From the NCBI RefSeq assembly GCF_018350175.1, contig NC_058373.1, forward strand, positions 102,860,001 through 102,924,000: a DNA stretch of 64,000 bases. Reading direction: 5' to 3'. The notes below the pieces were generated by a model, which was not told the origin of the DNA, searched no databases, and saw nothing but the letters and a program-made list of their open reading frames with translations. Within the stretch, counting starts at the first letter, position 1. Each line of letters begins with the position of its first letter. The translations under genes and the position numbers were made by a program. Source of the DNA: Felis catus. Lineage: Eukaryota. Positions 1-12,589 of this stretch are shown here, piece by piece.

Positions 1-1380
1 TAACACCCCCTACTTCCATCCACGTAGTTGCAAATGGCAAGATTTCATTATTTTTGATTGCTGAGTAATACTCCATTGTATATGTATACCACAGCTTCTT
101 TATCCATTCACTCATTGGTGGACATTTGGGCCCTTTCCATACCTTGGCTATTGTTGATAGTGCTGCTATAAACATTGGGGTGCATGTGCCCCTTCGAAAC
201 AGCATACCTGTATCCCTTGGATAAATACCTAGTAGTGCAATTGCTGGGTCGTAGGGTAGTTCTTTTTTTTAAAGTTTATTTATTTATTTTGAGAGAGAGA
301 GAGAGAGAGCACAAGCAGGAGAGGGGCAGAGAGAGGGAGAGACAGAATTCCAAGCAGGCTCTGCACCATTAGTGCAGAGTCTGATGCGGGGCTTGAACTC
401 ATGAACTGTGAGATCATGACCTGGGCAGAGATCCAGACTCGGATGTTTAACCAACTGCGCCACCCAGGCACCCCAGGGTAGTTGTATTTTTAATTTTTTG
501 AGGAACCTCCATCCTGTTTTACAGACTGGCTGTACCAGTTTGCATTCCCACCAGCAGTGCAAAAGAGATCCTCTCTCTCCGCATCCTCACCAACATCTGT
601 TGTCACCTGAGTTGTTAATGTTAGCCATTCTGACAGGTGTGAGGTGGTATCTCATTGTGGTTTTCATTTGTATTTCCCTGATGATGAGTGATGTTAAGCA
701 TTTTTTCATGTGTTGGTTGGCCATCTGGATGTCTTCTTTGGAGAAATGTCTATTCATGTCTTTTGTCCGTTTCTTCACTGGATTATTTGTTTTTTGGGTG
801 TTGAGTTTGATAAGTTCTTTATAGATTTTGGATACTAACCCTTTATCTGATATGTCATTGCAAATATCTTCTCCCATTCTGTCGGTTGCCTTTTAGTTTT
901 GCTGATTGTTTCCTTCGCTGTGCAGAAGATTTTTATTTTGATGAGGTCCCAGTAGTTCATTTTTGCTTTTGTTTCCCTTGCCTCTGGAGATGTGTTGAGT
1001 AGGAAGTTTCTGCAGCCAAGGTCAAAGAGGTTTTTGCCTGCTTTCTTCTCGAAGATTTTGATGGCTTTCTGTCTTACATTTAGGTCTTTCATCCATTTTG
1101 AGTTTATTTTTGTGTAGGTATAAGAAAGTGGTCCAGGTTCATTTTTATGCATATCACTGTTCAGTTCTCCGAGCACCATTTGCTGAAGAGACTGTCTTTA
1201 TTCCATTGGATATTCTTTCCTTCTGTGTCAAACATTAGTTGACCATACATTTGTGGGTCCATTTCTGGGTTCTCTATTCTCTTCCATTGATCTGAGTGTC
1301 TGTTTTTGTGCCAGTACCATACTGTCTTGATACCATACTGTCTTGATGATTACAGTTTTGTGAGACAGCTTGAAGTCTGC
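1..1380 (-). mobile_element. LINE-1 fragment (ORF2 3' part), 5'-truncated, continues off the window start, interrupted by a SINE
   Basis: Minus-strand ORFs give L1 ORF2 C-terminal motifs ([42 protein letters not shown]) with frameshifts. Confidence 0.95.
264..474 (-). mobile_element. CanSINE (SINEC_Fc-like) inserted in L1
   Basis: tRNA-derived head, (CT)n and A tail on the minus strand; TSD agggtagtt(c/g)t at 253-263 and 475-485. Confidence 0.95.
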
Positions 1381-1576
1381 AAATTTCCCCTTTTTATAAG
1401 GACAGTAGTCATAGTGGATTAGGGGCCCACTTACTTTGACATGGCCTCATCTTAATTAATTATATTTATGATGACCCTATTCCCAAATAAGGTCACTTTC
1501 TGACATACTAAGGTCTAAGACTTTAACATAAGAATTTTGGTGGTAGTGGTGGTTGTGGGGACACAATTCAGCCCAA
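1381..1576 (-). mobile_element. MaLR MLT1-type LTR fragment
   Basis: Motifs ggattaggggcccac, ccaaataaggtcac and ggggacacaattcagccc; similar to the copy at 9877-10318. Confidence 0.8.
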
Positions 1577-2217
1577 TTTTGCCATGTGAGGTCAAGTGGC
1601 TGGCCTGACCAGAACAGGACAACCTCAGCTGCTGTGCTTTCTTGTTTGAATTTAGCATGTAATTCAGTCTAAAGAGAAGTTGTATCCTTTCAATGTTAGA
1701 GAATAATAATAATAATTTAAGAAAAGCAAGTGAGAAGAAAAGGGGACAAACTTAGAAGCTTCAGAAAACATAAAAAATTTAAAAAAAATCATCACTGTCA
1801 TTACCATCATCATCAATCTGTCCATTTATGCATCTACTTCCTTCCTTGTTGTAATAGCAGTAGAAAACCACAGCCACTCAACTGGCAAATCCTGGGAAAG
1901 CCCTCAGATAGAAATCTAAGCGGCAATAACACTGTATAGTTACTAAACTCCATACTCATGAGGATCGTTAAGTAACTCTAATCATTTATGAAATTTAGTC
2001 TTCTGGAGTCATAAAATTGATTTTTCAAACATTTGTATTCATTATTTAAACATTTTTTCCTCCAGACTTGGCCATGGAGAACACATAGAAAAGTCAGGTT
2101 ACTCATTTTAGACATTTTGGGACTATGTTTATGTCAAATTTTATAAATATTTAAGATACATAATATTATGTAACATTCTTAAAGTAACCGAATCCATTTA
2201 GTCCAACTTTTTCTTTC

Positions 2218-2435
2218 TTTAAAAAAAAATTTTTTTAATGTTTAGTCATCCATTTTTGAGAAAGAGACAGAGAGCACGAGCAGGGGAGGGACAGAGAGAG
2301 ACAGAGAATCTAAAGCCAGCTCCAGGCTCTGAGCTGTCAGCACAGAGCTTGATGCAGGGCTGGAACTCACGAACTGTGAGATCATGAGCTGAGCTGAAGT
2401 TGGCTGCTTAACTGACTGAGCCACCCAGGTGCCCC
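2218..2435 (-). mobile_element. CanSINE
   Basis: Full SINE structure; TSD tc(c/t)aactttttctttc at 2202-2217 and 2436-2451. Confidence 0.95.
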
Positions 2436-3224
2436 TCTAACTTTTTCTTTCAATGAAAAATACATTTCCAAGAAGACGAGCATGACATTTTCTACCTAAA
2501 ACCTTTAAAAAAAATCATTAAAAAGTATAAAAGACCATAAAGCACCCTGAGATAGAATTATTTTGGGTATTGTAATAATTTTTTGGTCAACATAGCTGTT
2601 CTCTAGTGCTTTCTGATGGGTGCTCATGGACTGTGGGGAGAATGACATGTGGCTCATGTCTAACCCAATAAAAGCAGACGTGTGATGGGTCAGAGGAGGC
2701 TGGCTCTACTGAGCTGTGTGCTTTTATATGCTGGGAGAGGCCCAATTCATGCAGGGCTCTACCCCCCACATCATGAATTTGAGCTTTATCTGAAGCCATG
2801 GGGCTGTGCTCCAGCCAGTGCACAGTCTTTCTCTGTCTTCAATAATGTTATGCAGATGAGGTCTCTAGTTAGCAAAACTGTCCTAGGTAACTGACAAGGC
2901 CCCCCCCCCCCTTCTTTGGCTGGGCCACCAAGAAAGGGTCTGGACTTTGGCAAAAATATGTTTTTTCAAGCCCTTCCCTCAGTGAGGGTTGACTTGCTAA
3001 AAATCTTTTCATGGGCTATTGCCAGGCCCTCTTCTGGACTACAGAGTCTGGGAAATTTGTCCTGAGCTCCCCTCTTCCCAGCAGTCCACCCTGTGATGCA
3101 TTTAAGGGACAACAGATGCTTTACTTGCTTCTGTTCCCACTACCCCTCTCTCTACCCACCATACAAGTATGAAGAGCATCCATTTGAGTGATGCCGTGAC
3201 TTTGTTAGAAATTAAGGTGAAACC

Positions 3225-3860
3225 TGCTTTATGGTGAACAATTCAGTGGCATTTATACATAGACACTATTGTACAACCATTACTTCTTTTGAGTTCCAAA
3301 ACATTTTCATCACCTGAACAGAACCCCCTTAGCCTTGTATCCAGCAGTCACTCCTCATTCTTCCTTCTGCCCCCACCTCCCAGCCCCTGGAAACCACTAA
3401 TCTGGTGTCTATGGGTTTACCTAGTCTAGATATCTCATATAAAAGGAATCATACAATATGCAGCCTTTTGTGTTTGGTTTCTTATACTTAGCGTAATTTT
3501 TTTCAAGCTTCATTCGTATTGTAGTGTGTATCATCACTCCATTCCTCTTTTTAATTAATCAATTAATGTATTTTGAAATGTTTATTTATTTTTGAGAGAG
3601 AGAGTACGCACGCAGGGGAGGGACAGAGGGAGAGAGAGGGAGAGAGAGAATCCCAAGCTGGTTCTGCCCTGTCAGAACCATGAGATCATGACCTGAACCG
3701 AAGTCAAGAGTTGGATGCTTAACTGACTGAGCCACCCAGGCCCCCCCACTTCAGTCCTTTTTGTGGTAAATAATATTCCACTATATGGATATACTACATT
3801 TTGTTTATCATTCATTTGTTGGTGAACATTTGGGTTATTTCTCCCTTTGGCTGTTGCTAT
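3225..3860 (-). mobile_element. Old L1M (L1MB-like) 3' end, interrupted by a SINE
   Basis: Motifs acaattcagtggcattt, ccagcccctggaaaccactaatct and ggaatcatacaatatg typical of the L1M 3' UTR. Confidence 0.8.
3553..3746 (-). mobile_element. CanSINE with internal deletion
   Basis: gagatcatgacctga...tgagccacccagg head plus (GA)n. Confidence 0.9.
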
Positions 3861-4024
3861 GACTTTTTTTTTTTTAAAGGTTGTTTTCTTTCCCTTGTAG
3901 GCAGAGAACTATAGGCTAAAGTCATTAACCATGGACTCATAAGAGTCTTGAAAATGTAGCATGTGTAGTTTCTGGACTCTGGGGTTCTAGTTTTAGCTGT
4001 TCCAGAAAGTGTTTCCCTGACTTT

Positions 4025-4054
4025 ATATTTTTTTTAATGTTTATTTATTCATTG

Positions 4055-4085
<31 letters not shown>

Positions 4086-4338
4086 GAAATGAACATGGGG
4101 GAGGGGCAGAGAGAGAGGGAGAGAGAAAGGGAGAGAGAGAGAGAGAGAGAGATGAACATGGGGAGGCACAGAGAGAGAGAGGGAGAGAGAAAGGGGGAGA
4201 GAGAGAGAGAGAGAGAGAGAGAGAATCCCAAGTAGACTTTGTCCTGTCAGCACCAAGGCAGCTTGGGGCTCAATCTCATGACTGTGTGAGCTGAAATCAA
4301 GAGTTGGGTGCTTAACCAACCAAGCCACCCAGGTGCCC
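4025..4338 (-). mobile_element. CanSINE with duplicated (CT)n region
   Basis: SINE head at about 4225-4338; the atgaacatgggg unit occurs twice within an expanded GA tract. Confidence 0.9.
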
Positions 4339-6352
4339 TCCCTGCCTTTCTTAGAGGACTTTCTGACTCCATCAGTCACCTGGTTGGGCCTGGTTGAACA
4401 GCCCTTGCCACCTGTTCTTCCTATCAGTAGCCCTTGTGCATCCACCAAATGAGTTGGTCTCTGCTTCCTTCCATAGTGATTCAGCATCTCTCTCAGAGGT
4501 TGCCTTTCCTGTCCTGTTAGCCTGCCCTGGGCTTATTTTCGTTTTCTTAGATTTCTCCAAGGACTCTGAGCTTCCCATACTCTAGGCATAGAACTAGAAT
4601 TTGGAGGTTACGATAAGCCCAGCAAAGTGGCTAGCACTTTTTAGCTTTTAAGTTTCCCTCTCTGGAAAGCAGAGCCCATGGGAATGTTAAACCGCCTCGT
4701 GGTTTTAAAAATGCCAAGTGCTAAAAAGATTATGTGCAAAATGGAAGGCCTGGGTGAATGTGATTTTTAAAAACCTCAGCCCTTGGGCCCCCTGTGGCTA
4801 AGGGCAATAACAAACTGCTGCCCCGCTGGGCTTTGAATGACGGGCCATAACTCTCCTTGGCCCTTCTGCTGACTCCAGAAGCCATTTGAGCCCTGTCTTA
4901 AGTTTTATAATGTCACCAGGACCCCCACTGATGTTGTAGCCCACATCTGCCTAAGAATTCTCCTCTGTCAGTTACACGGAGTGTGCTCCTATGAGACTGT
5001 CCTCTGGATGGCCGGTCTTCAGGGCTAACACGTGTTTTGGCTTACTTTCCATGTCGAGACAGTTTAGAATTGCCCAGAACTGACCCTACACATTTATAAA
5101 ACCTCAATATGCTGACATGATTAAGTGATAATTCTTTAAACGTGAGGAATGTTTTTCTACCATGAAACCCAGACGGGGCTTGATGAACATATGGGAAAAC
5201 CACTGGCAGCTGCATCACGTCTTTGGGGGCCTCTTGTTGCCCACGTCACTGACAACCCCCTCTAGTTTGTATTTGTAGTGTTACAAGAGTAAGGAGATGA
5301 CATCATAAAGGGAAAGAGTTTAGCTCCATTGTAGATGAAAGAAAAATTTATCTTACCCCTGCCTACCTAAACAAGCCTAATGAAAAACCTATAAAGCTTT
5401 CCTGTCACCATGAGGCTTGGTCTACCTGTTTATTCAGGCTTTTCCTGAGGCTGGGATGACTACTGACATGGTTGGGTGTGATGGCAGGGCCTCATGGATG
5501 ACGGCTGTGCCACTGTGTTTTAAGACAATGTCCCTTAGCTCAGAGCCGTGGACAGGAAGGGATGTTTTCATCTCAAGGCTTTGTGCAGCTTTATGAGAAA
5601 AGGAACTCAGGGAAATGTTCTGACTCCCAAACCACACTATAGGCCTGGGACTGAAGGTGGCACTCTGTTTCCTCCCCATCCCCCGCCTCCGCCCCCGGCC
5701 CCAATTTACTTATAAGCAAAACCCAGCAGAAATTCTTTCCCACCACCTCCCTCCACATCATTACTAGGGCACTTTCTGGAAAGAACGTGAGGGCCAGCTT
5801 TGAGAATTCCAGGGCAACATGCTTTACAGGGCCTTGTGACCTGTAGTGGAAGAAATTTTGGGCCTCGTGCCCACAGGCTAATGGTAAAAAGGTTAACTAT
5901 TATGCAAACGGGGTGGGGCCCTCAGTCAATAAACAAGAGGAAGTAAGATTTGTGACAAATTTTCGTGACTTGATTAAATGGGGAGATCTCTGTACACTCC
6001 TGTGGTGCTCACCCTAGCTCCACAGCCCCAGTATGGGCCTCTCCTTCCCCTGCCCCTCTCCCACCAGTGCCTGTCTTTCAGGGATGATTGGCCCAGTGTT
6101 GTCCAACACGCTCACACCCCCGTGGTCTAGTCTGGGCAAAAGTAATCAGTAAGAAATGTTTCTTTGTGAAATGTGATCTGAGTTCCCTGAGGTCCTTCGG
6201 GGGAAAGTGATGAGAAACTCCAGAATAAGGAAAAGGCATTTGCAACCAAAATAGAAAATATTTTATTGTTGTTTTAAATACAAACATGAAAAATACTGAA
6301 AATCACATGAGAATCAACAATAATAAAAACCACATAAAGAAATAGTGTGTGC

Positions 6353-6587
6353 AGGGCACTTGGGTGGCTCAGTCGGTTAAGCATCTGATGGGCTCAGGTC
6401 ATGATCTCACGTTCTGTGAGTTTGAGCCCCTCGTCAGGCTCCATGCTGACAGCTCAGAGCCTGGAACCTGCTTCAGACTCTGTGTCTCCCTCTCTCTCTC
6501 TCTCTCTTTCTCTCTCTGCCCCTCCCCTGCTCTGTCTCTCTCGCTCTTAAAAATAAATAAACATAAAACAAAATTAAAAAAAAAAAG
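6353..6587 (+). mobile_element. CanSINE
   Basis: gggcacttgggtggctcagtcggttaag head, (CT)n, aataaa and A tail. Confidence 0.95.
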
Positions 6588-6634
6588 TTACCTGGGCAGG
6601 TAAAAACAAAAGCTGCAAAACAAAAAAACCCTTT

Positions 6635-6760
6635 AACTTAGAGACCTTAAGCAAGTTCCTGACATCCGCTGTGTCCTCACTTTTGTCATCTATAAAATGG
6701 GCACAGGACTTGCCACCTCCTCCTCCCACCAACATTTTGTGAGGCTTCACCAAGACCAGC
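6635..6760 (+). mobile_element. MIR fragment
   Basis: MIR core-like gaccttaagcaagtt...cctcacttttgtcatctataaaatggg. Confidence 0.6.
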
Positions 6761-7004
6761 ACAGGCTGTGTCTCACACGCCTGGCTCACACAGGACACAC
6801 AGAACATGATGTTCTGTTTCCTGTGATCTTTCTTTCATCATTTCTCTTGCCTCCTTTCTGTGAGTCTATTTTGTCCTGAGGAATCAATCCCATGGACATC
6901 CTGCTCCTGTGGATTGTAGCCCTCTCTCTCTGGGCTGATGATTATAGAGTCTTCAGGAGATTTGTAAGCCCACTCAAGGCACTTCTCACCCAGTAGCCTA
7001 GTGT

Positions 7005-7078
7005 GGAGGTAGGCATCAGAAGTTTTAAAAGCTTCCCGGGTGATTCTGATTCATAGCCAGGTATGAGCACTCCTGTCT
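7005..7078. mobile_element. MER5A-like hAT-Charlie fragment
   Basis: ttttaaaagcttcccgggtgattctgat...gccagg resembles the MER5A end. Confidence 0.5.
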
Positions 7079-7514
7079 CAGGCTATACTTGAAAATTACT
7101 GGTTGTTATTGCCTTCCGGGTAGTTTGACCAGGGTGCCACCTACCCATTGCTTAAATATCACTTGTTTCTACAAAATGCATGAAGTTCCCTCGAGGTTCT
7201 CACCTTTGCCTGAAAGGCAAAGTTACTTCAAAAGGTGGTTGCAGAGAGCCCTGATGGACTGCTAACACTCCAGCACAGACTGGTTTATCAGATTAGCCCC
7301 CAGCATCCTCACAGGTGCCTGAGGAATGGGACTGGCATTCCTTTTGGTGAGCAATAGGATGAGAATGGTTCCAAACCTGGGAATCCTGTTTAGGAGACCA
7401 GATCATGGCCCTGAGCAGCCAGGGGACAGTGAGCAAGAGGTGGCACCTTGAGGAAGAAAAAGGGATTGGGGAAGAAAGACAGTCCCTCACTTAATAATAT
7501 TTACATCATTAATT

Positions 7515-8015
7515 TTTTAAAACCTTTTTATTTTGATATAATTTCAGACTTACAAAAGAAGTGAAACAGTAGTACAAAGATCCCCTAAACCCTTCACTCA
7601 GCATCTTCAAATATTAGCCTCTTAAAAACTATAATCAAATGATCAAAACCAGGATGTTCATGTTGTTATGGTACTGTTATTACTACAGATGAATTCTGTA
7701 GAATTAAATTCAAATTTAATTTCAAATTAAATCATTTAGATGTCTCTAATCATCCCACAGATGTCTTTCTTCTGGACTAGGATCCAGTCCAGGATCCCAT
7801 AGATTTAGTTGCGTTTCCTTAGCCTCCTTGAACACAGAACAGTTCCTCAGTCTGTCTTTGTCTTTCATGACTGCTTTTGAAGAGTGAAAAAAAAAAAAGA
7901 AAGAGTTATTTTGTAGAATGCCAAACCCTTTGGGTTTGTCTGGTGTCTCCTCATGATTAAATTCAGGTTATTAATTTTGGTAAGACTATCACAAGAGATG
8001 ATATTTTTCCCTTCT
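7515..8015 (-). mobile_element. Old L1M (L1MC/MD-like) 3' UTR
   Basis: Motifs ttttgatataatttcagacttaca and ccaggatcccat, plus ttattttgtagaatg. Confidence 0.7.
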
Positions 8016-8329
8016 AAGAGGGGAGGTGGTGCAAGGCTTTTTTGATTTTGTTTTTTTGTTTGTTTCTGTGTTTTTCTCCCCAGAAAAGCATGTTAGAAAA
8101 AAAGATAGCTATTTTAGCATTTAACCATATACTTTGTGATAACAAAGACGAGGTGAAGCCCCACCCTGAACTGGTGCTGTAGGGGACCCTGTTCGCTGTC
8201 CTACATCACCTCCTAACCAGCCATCTCCTTCCAAACACTTCCTTCCTCAAGCTTGTCCACCTGGTGTGTAAGCCTCCTCTTAGGGAGGCAAAATACTTTG
8301 AGAAACATTCATACGATATCTTATGAAAA

Positions 8330-8510
8330 TAGGTCCCAAAGTCATAAAAATGTAGCTACTATGTCTAGTTAAGCAGAGTTTTCTTGGAAGAAAATTGGAT
8401 GTAATAAAAAGAATTGACTGTGGTTGAAGAAACAGAGGTATTTGTGCTTGTATGTGCATAAGATTTGTCAGTAAGGAAAAAATTTAACCAACTGCAAAAA
8501 ATGTGATTGT
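8330..8510 (+). mobile_element. Possible Tigger-type transposase relic
   Basis: 8384-8424 reads LEE(frameshift)LDVIKRIDCG, resembling the CENP-B/psq HTH N-terminus of Tigger transposases. Confidence 0.4.
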
Positions 8511-8834
8511 TGGTATAGAATTAGCTCATGTTCCAAGAGGGGGTTGGAGAGAAATACTTCAAAGCACTATAGGGAGAGAAGAAGTGGAGTAGAATCACGA
8601 GTGAGAGGATGAGAGCCAGGATATATATATTTTTTGCCTACCCTATACAGTTAGAGGCCATATGATTTTAGGATGACCTTTGCTAGAGTGGCAATACCCA
8701 GAATGTGCTTGTGTGCATGGATCTATTTTTGCCTTGGTTGGGTCCTTTGGAATAAATTAATAATAATAATTAATAATAGATTAATAAATACATATAATAA
8801 ATTACTATAAATAAACAATGTATATATTATGTAT

Positions 8835-8916
8835 ATATTATTTTTATTTTTGAGAGAGACGATTATGAAATTATGACCTGCACTGAAATCAAGAGTCAGA
8901 TGCTTAATTGACTTAG
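8835..8916 (-). mobile_element. Degenerate CanSINE fragment
   Basis: atgacctgcactgaaatcaagagtcagatgcttaattgact preceded by an AT-rich tail. Confidence 0.7.
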
Positions 8917-9876
8917 TACTTGTTTGTCCATTTGTGCTGTTGGCCTGAGTGGAGAAGAAAAGTACCCGGAGAACAGGCCTTTATTCTTACACTTCAATGT
9001 CAGTGACCTTGTTTTTAGAGAAGATCATATTTGTCTATTTAAGAGAATAAAATAAAAGAGAAAAGGATAAAATTTACAGAAAAAAAGGAGGTGAGAAATT
9101 TCTGGATCAAACACTTTGTAGTATTTGGCATCATTTAAGATCACTTTTTTGTCCGTCTACCCACATAGAGGTATGTTCTCTTATGAAGATGAGATACTGC
9201 ACATGCTGGTTTGTATCCTGTTCCTTTTTTAGTCTTTTTTTCTGCTTAAAATTATTAAGTTCTTATTGTAAAAAAAGATGCAAACACTTCAGAATATGTG
9301 AGACAGGATGTGGAAGTCTCCAGGGAACACCATTTTAATAGTTTGGTGTATGTTCTGTCTGATTTTCTCTATATTGTCTTGGAACTTAATGTTTTCACTT
9401 AATGTATTTTGGACTTAGTAACTTTCTAACTGATGTTGGTGGGGTCATGACATTTTGGTATACAAAGTTTCTTTTCTTTGGATTCTTGGGGTTAAAGATG
9501 TTCATTGATCACCTGTCTTGTAAGCATTTCTCTCATTATGCATCTTGTTCAATATTTTGGGGGCATCTGTCTCCACTGACTACTCCAACCCTCTTTAGAA
9601 TTCTCCTGCTTCGACTTCATGACACTGCCCTCCATCCTGCCTCCAACCCAGCCATCTCCCTCCATTCTGCACACATTCTCTTTGAACTGAAAGATCCTTC
9701 CGGTTTCCTGAGCTCCCATCCAGTGTTCCACTCTGGCTTCTCAGCTTGCTTCTCCCCTTCTCTTTGTCCTTGTTCTGGCTTAGTTCTTTCCTCCCCTCTC
9801 TGAGTCTTCTAGAAGGATGACTGCACACCTCCTCCCAACTACAGCTCTTACAATGATTCCTCCTGAGAAATTTGCT

Positions 9877-10318
9877 TATATTAGTTTTGTAGGACTCTTG
9901 TGACAGACTACCACCAACTGGGCAGCTTAGAGCCACAGAAACTTATTTGTTAGTAGTTCTGGGGGCCAGAAGTCTGAAATCAAATGTCAGCAGGCTCATG
10001 CTTTCTTTGAAGGCTCTAGGGGAGAAATCCTTCCTTGCCTCTTCTGGCTTTTGGTGCTTGCTAGCAATCCTTGGTGTTTCTTGGTTTGTACCTGCATGAC
10101 TCCTGTATCTTCACACCATCTCCTCCTCTTTGTGTCTGTGTCCAAATTTATCTCTTTTTGTAAGGATACCAGATATTGGATTAGGGCCCACCTTAACCTG
10201 GTATGACTTTACCTTAACTTGATAAATATATCTTCAAAGACTGTATTTCCAAATAAGGTCACATACCAAGGTACTAGGTGAACATGAATTGGGAGAGGAC
10301 ACTATTCAGCCTGGTACA
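9877..10318 (-). mobile_element. MaLR MLT1 solo LTR (MLT1B/C-like)
   Basis: About 440 bp from tatattagttt to cagcctggtaca, with gaaggctctaggggaga and ccaaataaggtcaca motifs. Confidence 0.85.
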
Positions 10319-10929
10319 CTGCTCTAGATCTATATTATTACTTTTCTTGTAGACATTTCCATGTCTAATTTCCGATGTACCACTGGAGTCTTCAACTCAA
10401 CACGTCAAAAAATGAGGTCATCATCTTACCAGTCCTCTAAGGAGCCCCGGCAAGAAGTGGCTAAACAAATTCAAAGTTATCAAGAAAGATTCTTTGAAAT
10501 TTAAATTTTACATGCAATTTTGAAGTAAGTGTACATTGTGCTTTGAGGTTGTGTTTCTACCAGTATGAAGCTATCACAACTTGTAAGACATTTGGATATT
10601 ATAATCTCATCCTTTTTAGTTAATATTTTCCTGTACATTTCATTTTATATGTGTATAAGTGCATATGTATGTGTATTTATATTTATTATATATAATATAT
10701 ACTTATTATATATAATATATATTATATATAGTATGATGTATTAATGTAGTAGATCAGGTATATAATTTACAAGTAATTAAATGCATTTACGTGTATTAAG
10801 GTGTGTGCTCAGAGATATTTTTAATGAATGGAGTGTGTGATCAAGGGTTTGGGGAACAGTGGTCTGCAGAGAGGTTCATTTTCCTTAGCATTGCGTGCAA
10901 GGCCTTCAGTTACAGCCACCAAATTATTT

Positions 10930-11375
10930 TTTTTTGCAAGATTTTATTTTTTTAGAGGAGTTTTAGATGCATAGTGAAACTGAGAGAAAGGTAACAGATT
11001 TCCTCTAGACTCTCTGCCCCTACACATGTAAAAATTCCCCCCTTGTCAACATCCCACACCAGAGTGGTACATTTGTTGCAACTGATGAACCTTCACTGAC
11101 CCATCTTATTATCACCCAGAGCCCATAGTTTACCTTAGCACTCTGTTGTATATGCTCTGTGGGTTTGGACAAATGCATAATGGCATGTCTCTCTGATTTT
11201 CGTATGGTACAGAGTAATCTCACTGCCCTAAAATCCTCTGTGCTTCACTTAATCATTCCTCACTCCTCTCAACCCCTGGCAACCACCGCTTCTTTTACTG
11301 TCTCCATAGTTTCACTTTTTCCAGAATGTCATAGAGTCAGAAGTGCATAGTGTGTAGCCTTCAACCTTCTATTCA
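10930..11375 (-). mobile_element. L1MC-like 3' UTR
   Basis: Motifs accagagtggtacatttgttgcaactgatgaacc and aacccctggcaaccac. Confidence 0.85.
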
Positions 11376-12589
11376 ACCTTGTCTCCACTGCTTCCCTCTG
11401 GGCCAGTGCAGCCTATGCCCCAGGCATCTATTTACACACTTGGTTCATGGCTTTGGCTGTCTTCTCCGTTGTCAGAGCTCCTTCTCGTGGTTTACTCTCC
11501 TCTTTCTGCAGCCCTTCTCATCAATCCCATCTCCTCCCTGAGTCTGTCTTTATTCTCAGTCACTCTGTTATTCCCTCCTCTACTCTCACTCATGTGGTTG
11601 TTCACATCGCTGTTCAGCTTCTCCACTAGGACAGGTGGTGGTGGTGGCTCCGTGTGTGTGTTGTGTGTGCATGTGTATGTCTCCACCCTGCACTAGCTGG
11701 GAAGATCCCTGAGGTTGGAGCCAGTGCCTGACTGTCCCTCATTCTTGGTCACCCACATCTCCCCTCCTCTCTTCCAATAAGGCACTTAAAATTTGTTCAG
11801 TACGTTTTTGCAGTACTGACTTGTTATTTAAAAGTTCTCAAATTAATAACATTTTATGTTTGAGCATGGTCTACAGTTCCTATACAAAGATTGGAAATCA
11901 TTAGTAAATGAGGAAATGATAAAATCCAGCAGTTAGAACGCTGTTTCTAATCCGAGACCCCCCTCTCTTTCTCCCCAGAACTGTTAGTGGGTAAGTTTTC
12001 ACAGTGACTGAACACGGCAGAAGGGCAGGGCACACAGCCTCAGATGGGACAATGAAGTAGAAATGCAATGTTTTCCATTCTGGTCCTTAGTTACAAAAAC
12101 CTGCTTTTATGAACAGTGTTTCCCTACTTGCCAATAGCAATAGTCACTTCCCTTAGCTAGAAAATAGTTTTCTTTCCTTTTTTTTCAGTTCTCTAAGACC
12201 TATATATGTTTCATCCATTTTTAGCTTTCTTTTTTTTTTTTTTTTTTTTTTTGGCAAAAGAAAAGCTTTTCTTTAACTGGGTATAAATAAGTTGCAAATG
12301 TTAAATGCAAAAGGAATGAGCTTTTGTAGTCAATAGAACTTACGTTTGGACACATCTAACAAATGGCTACTGTGGTGAGCAGTGTGTGACCACTGGTTAT
12401 ATGGTTTTCTTTTCTGTCTACTTCAGTAGTTCTGAAGGCTGTCTAGAATGACATTTATTGTTCATACTTGGGCTGCACATAAGAACGAGACAAAAAGGTA
12501 ATTTTCAACCGTATCTCTCTTCTAGTATGTTCAAGCAAGTGTAAGAACATACATACGTATCATATAAAAATAATAAAAAAATAATACTC

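Noticed and set aside
10430..10870. Possible hAT-Charlie element (similar case at 26815-27010)
   Set aside because: Only one terminus resembles a Charlie TIR; I could not assign family or boundaries with confidence.
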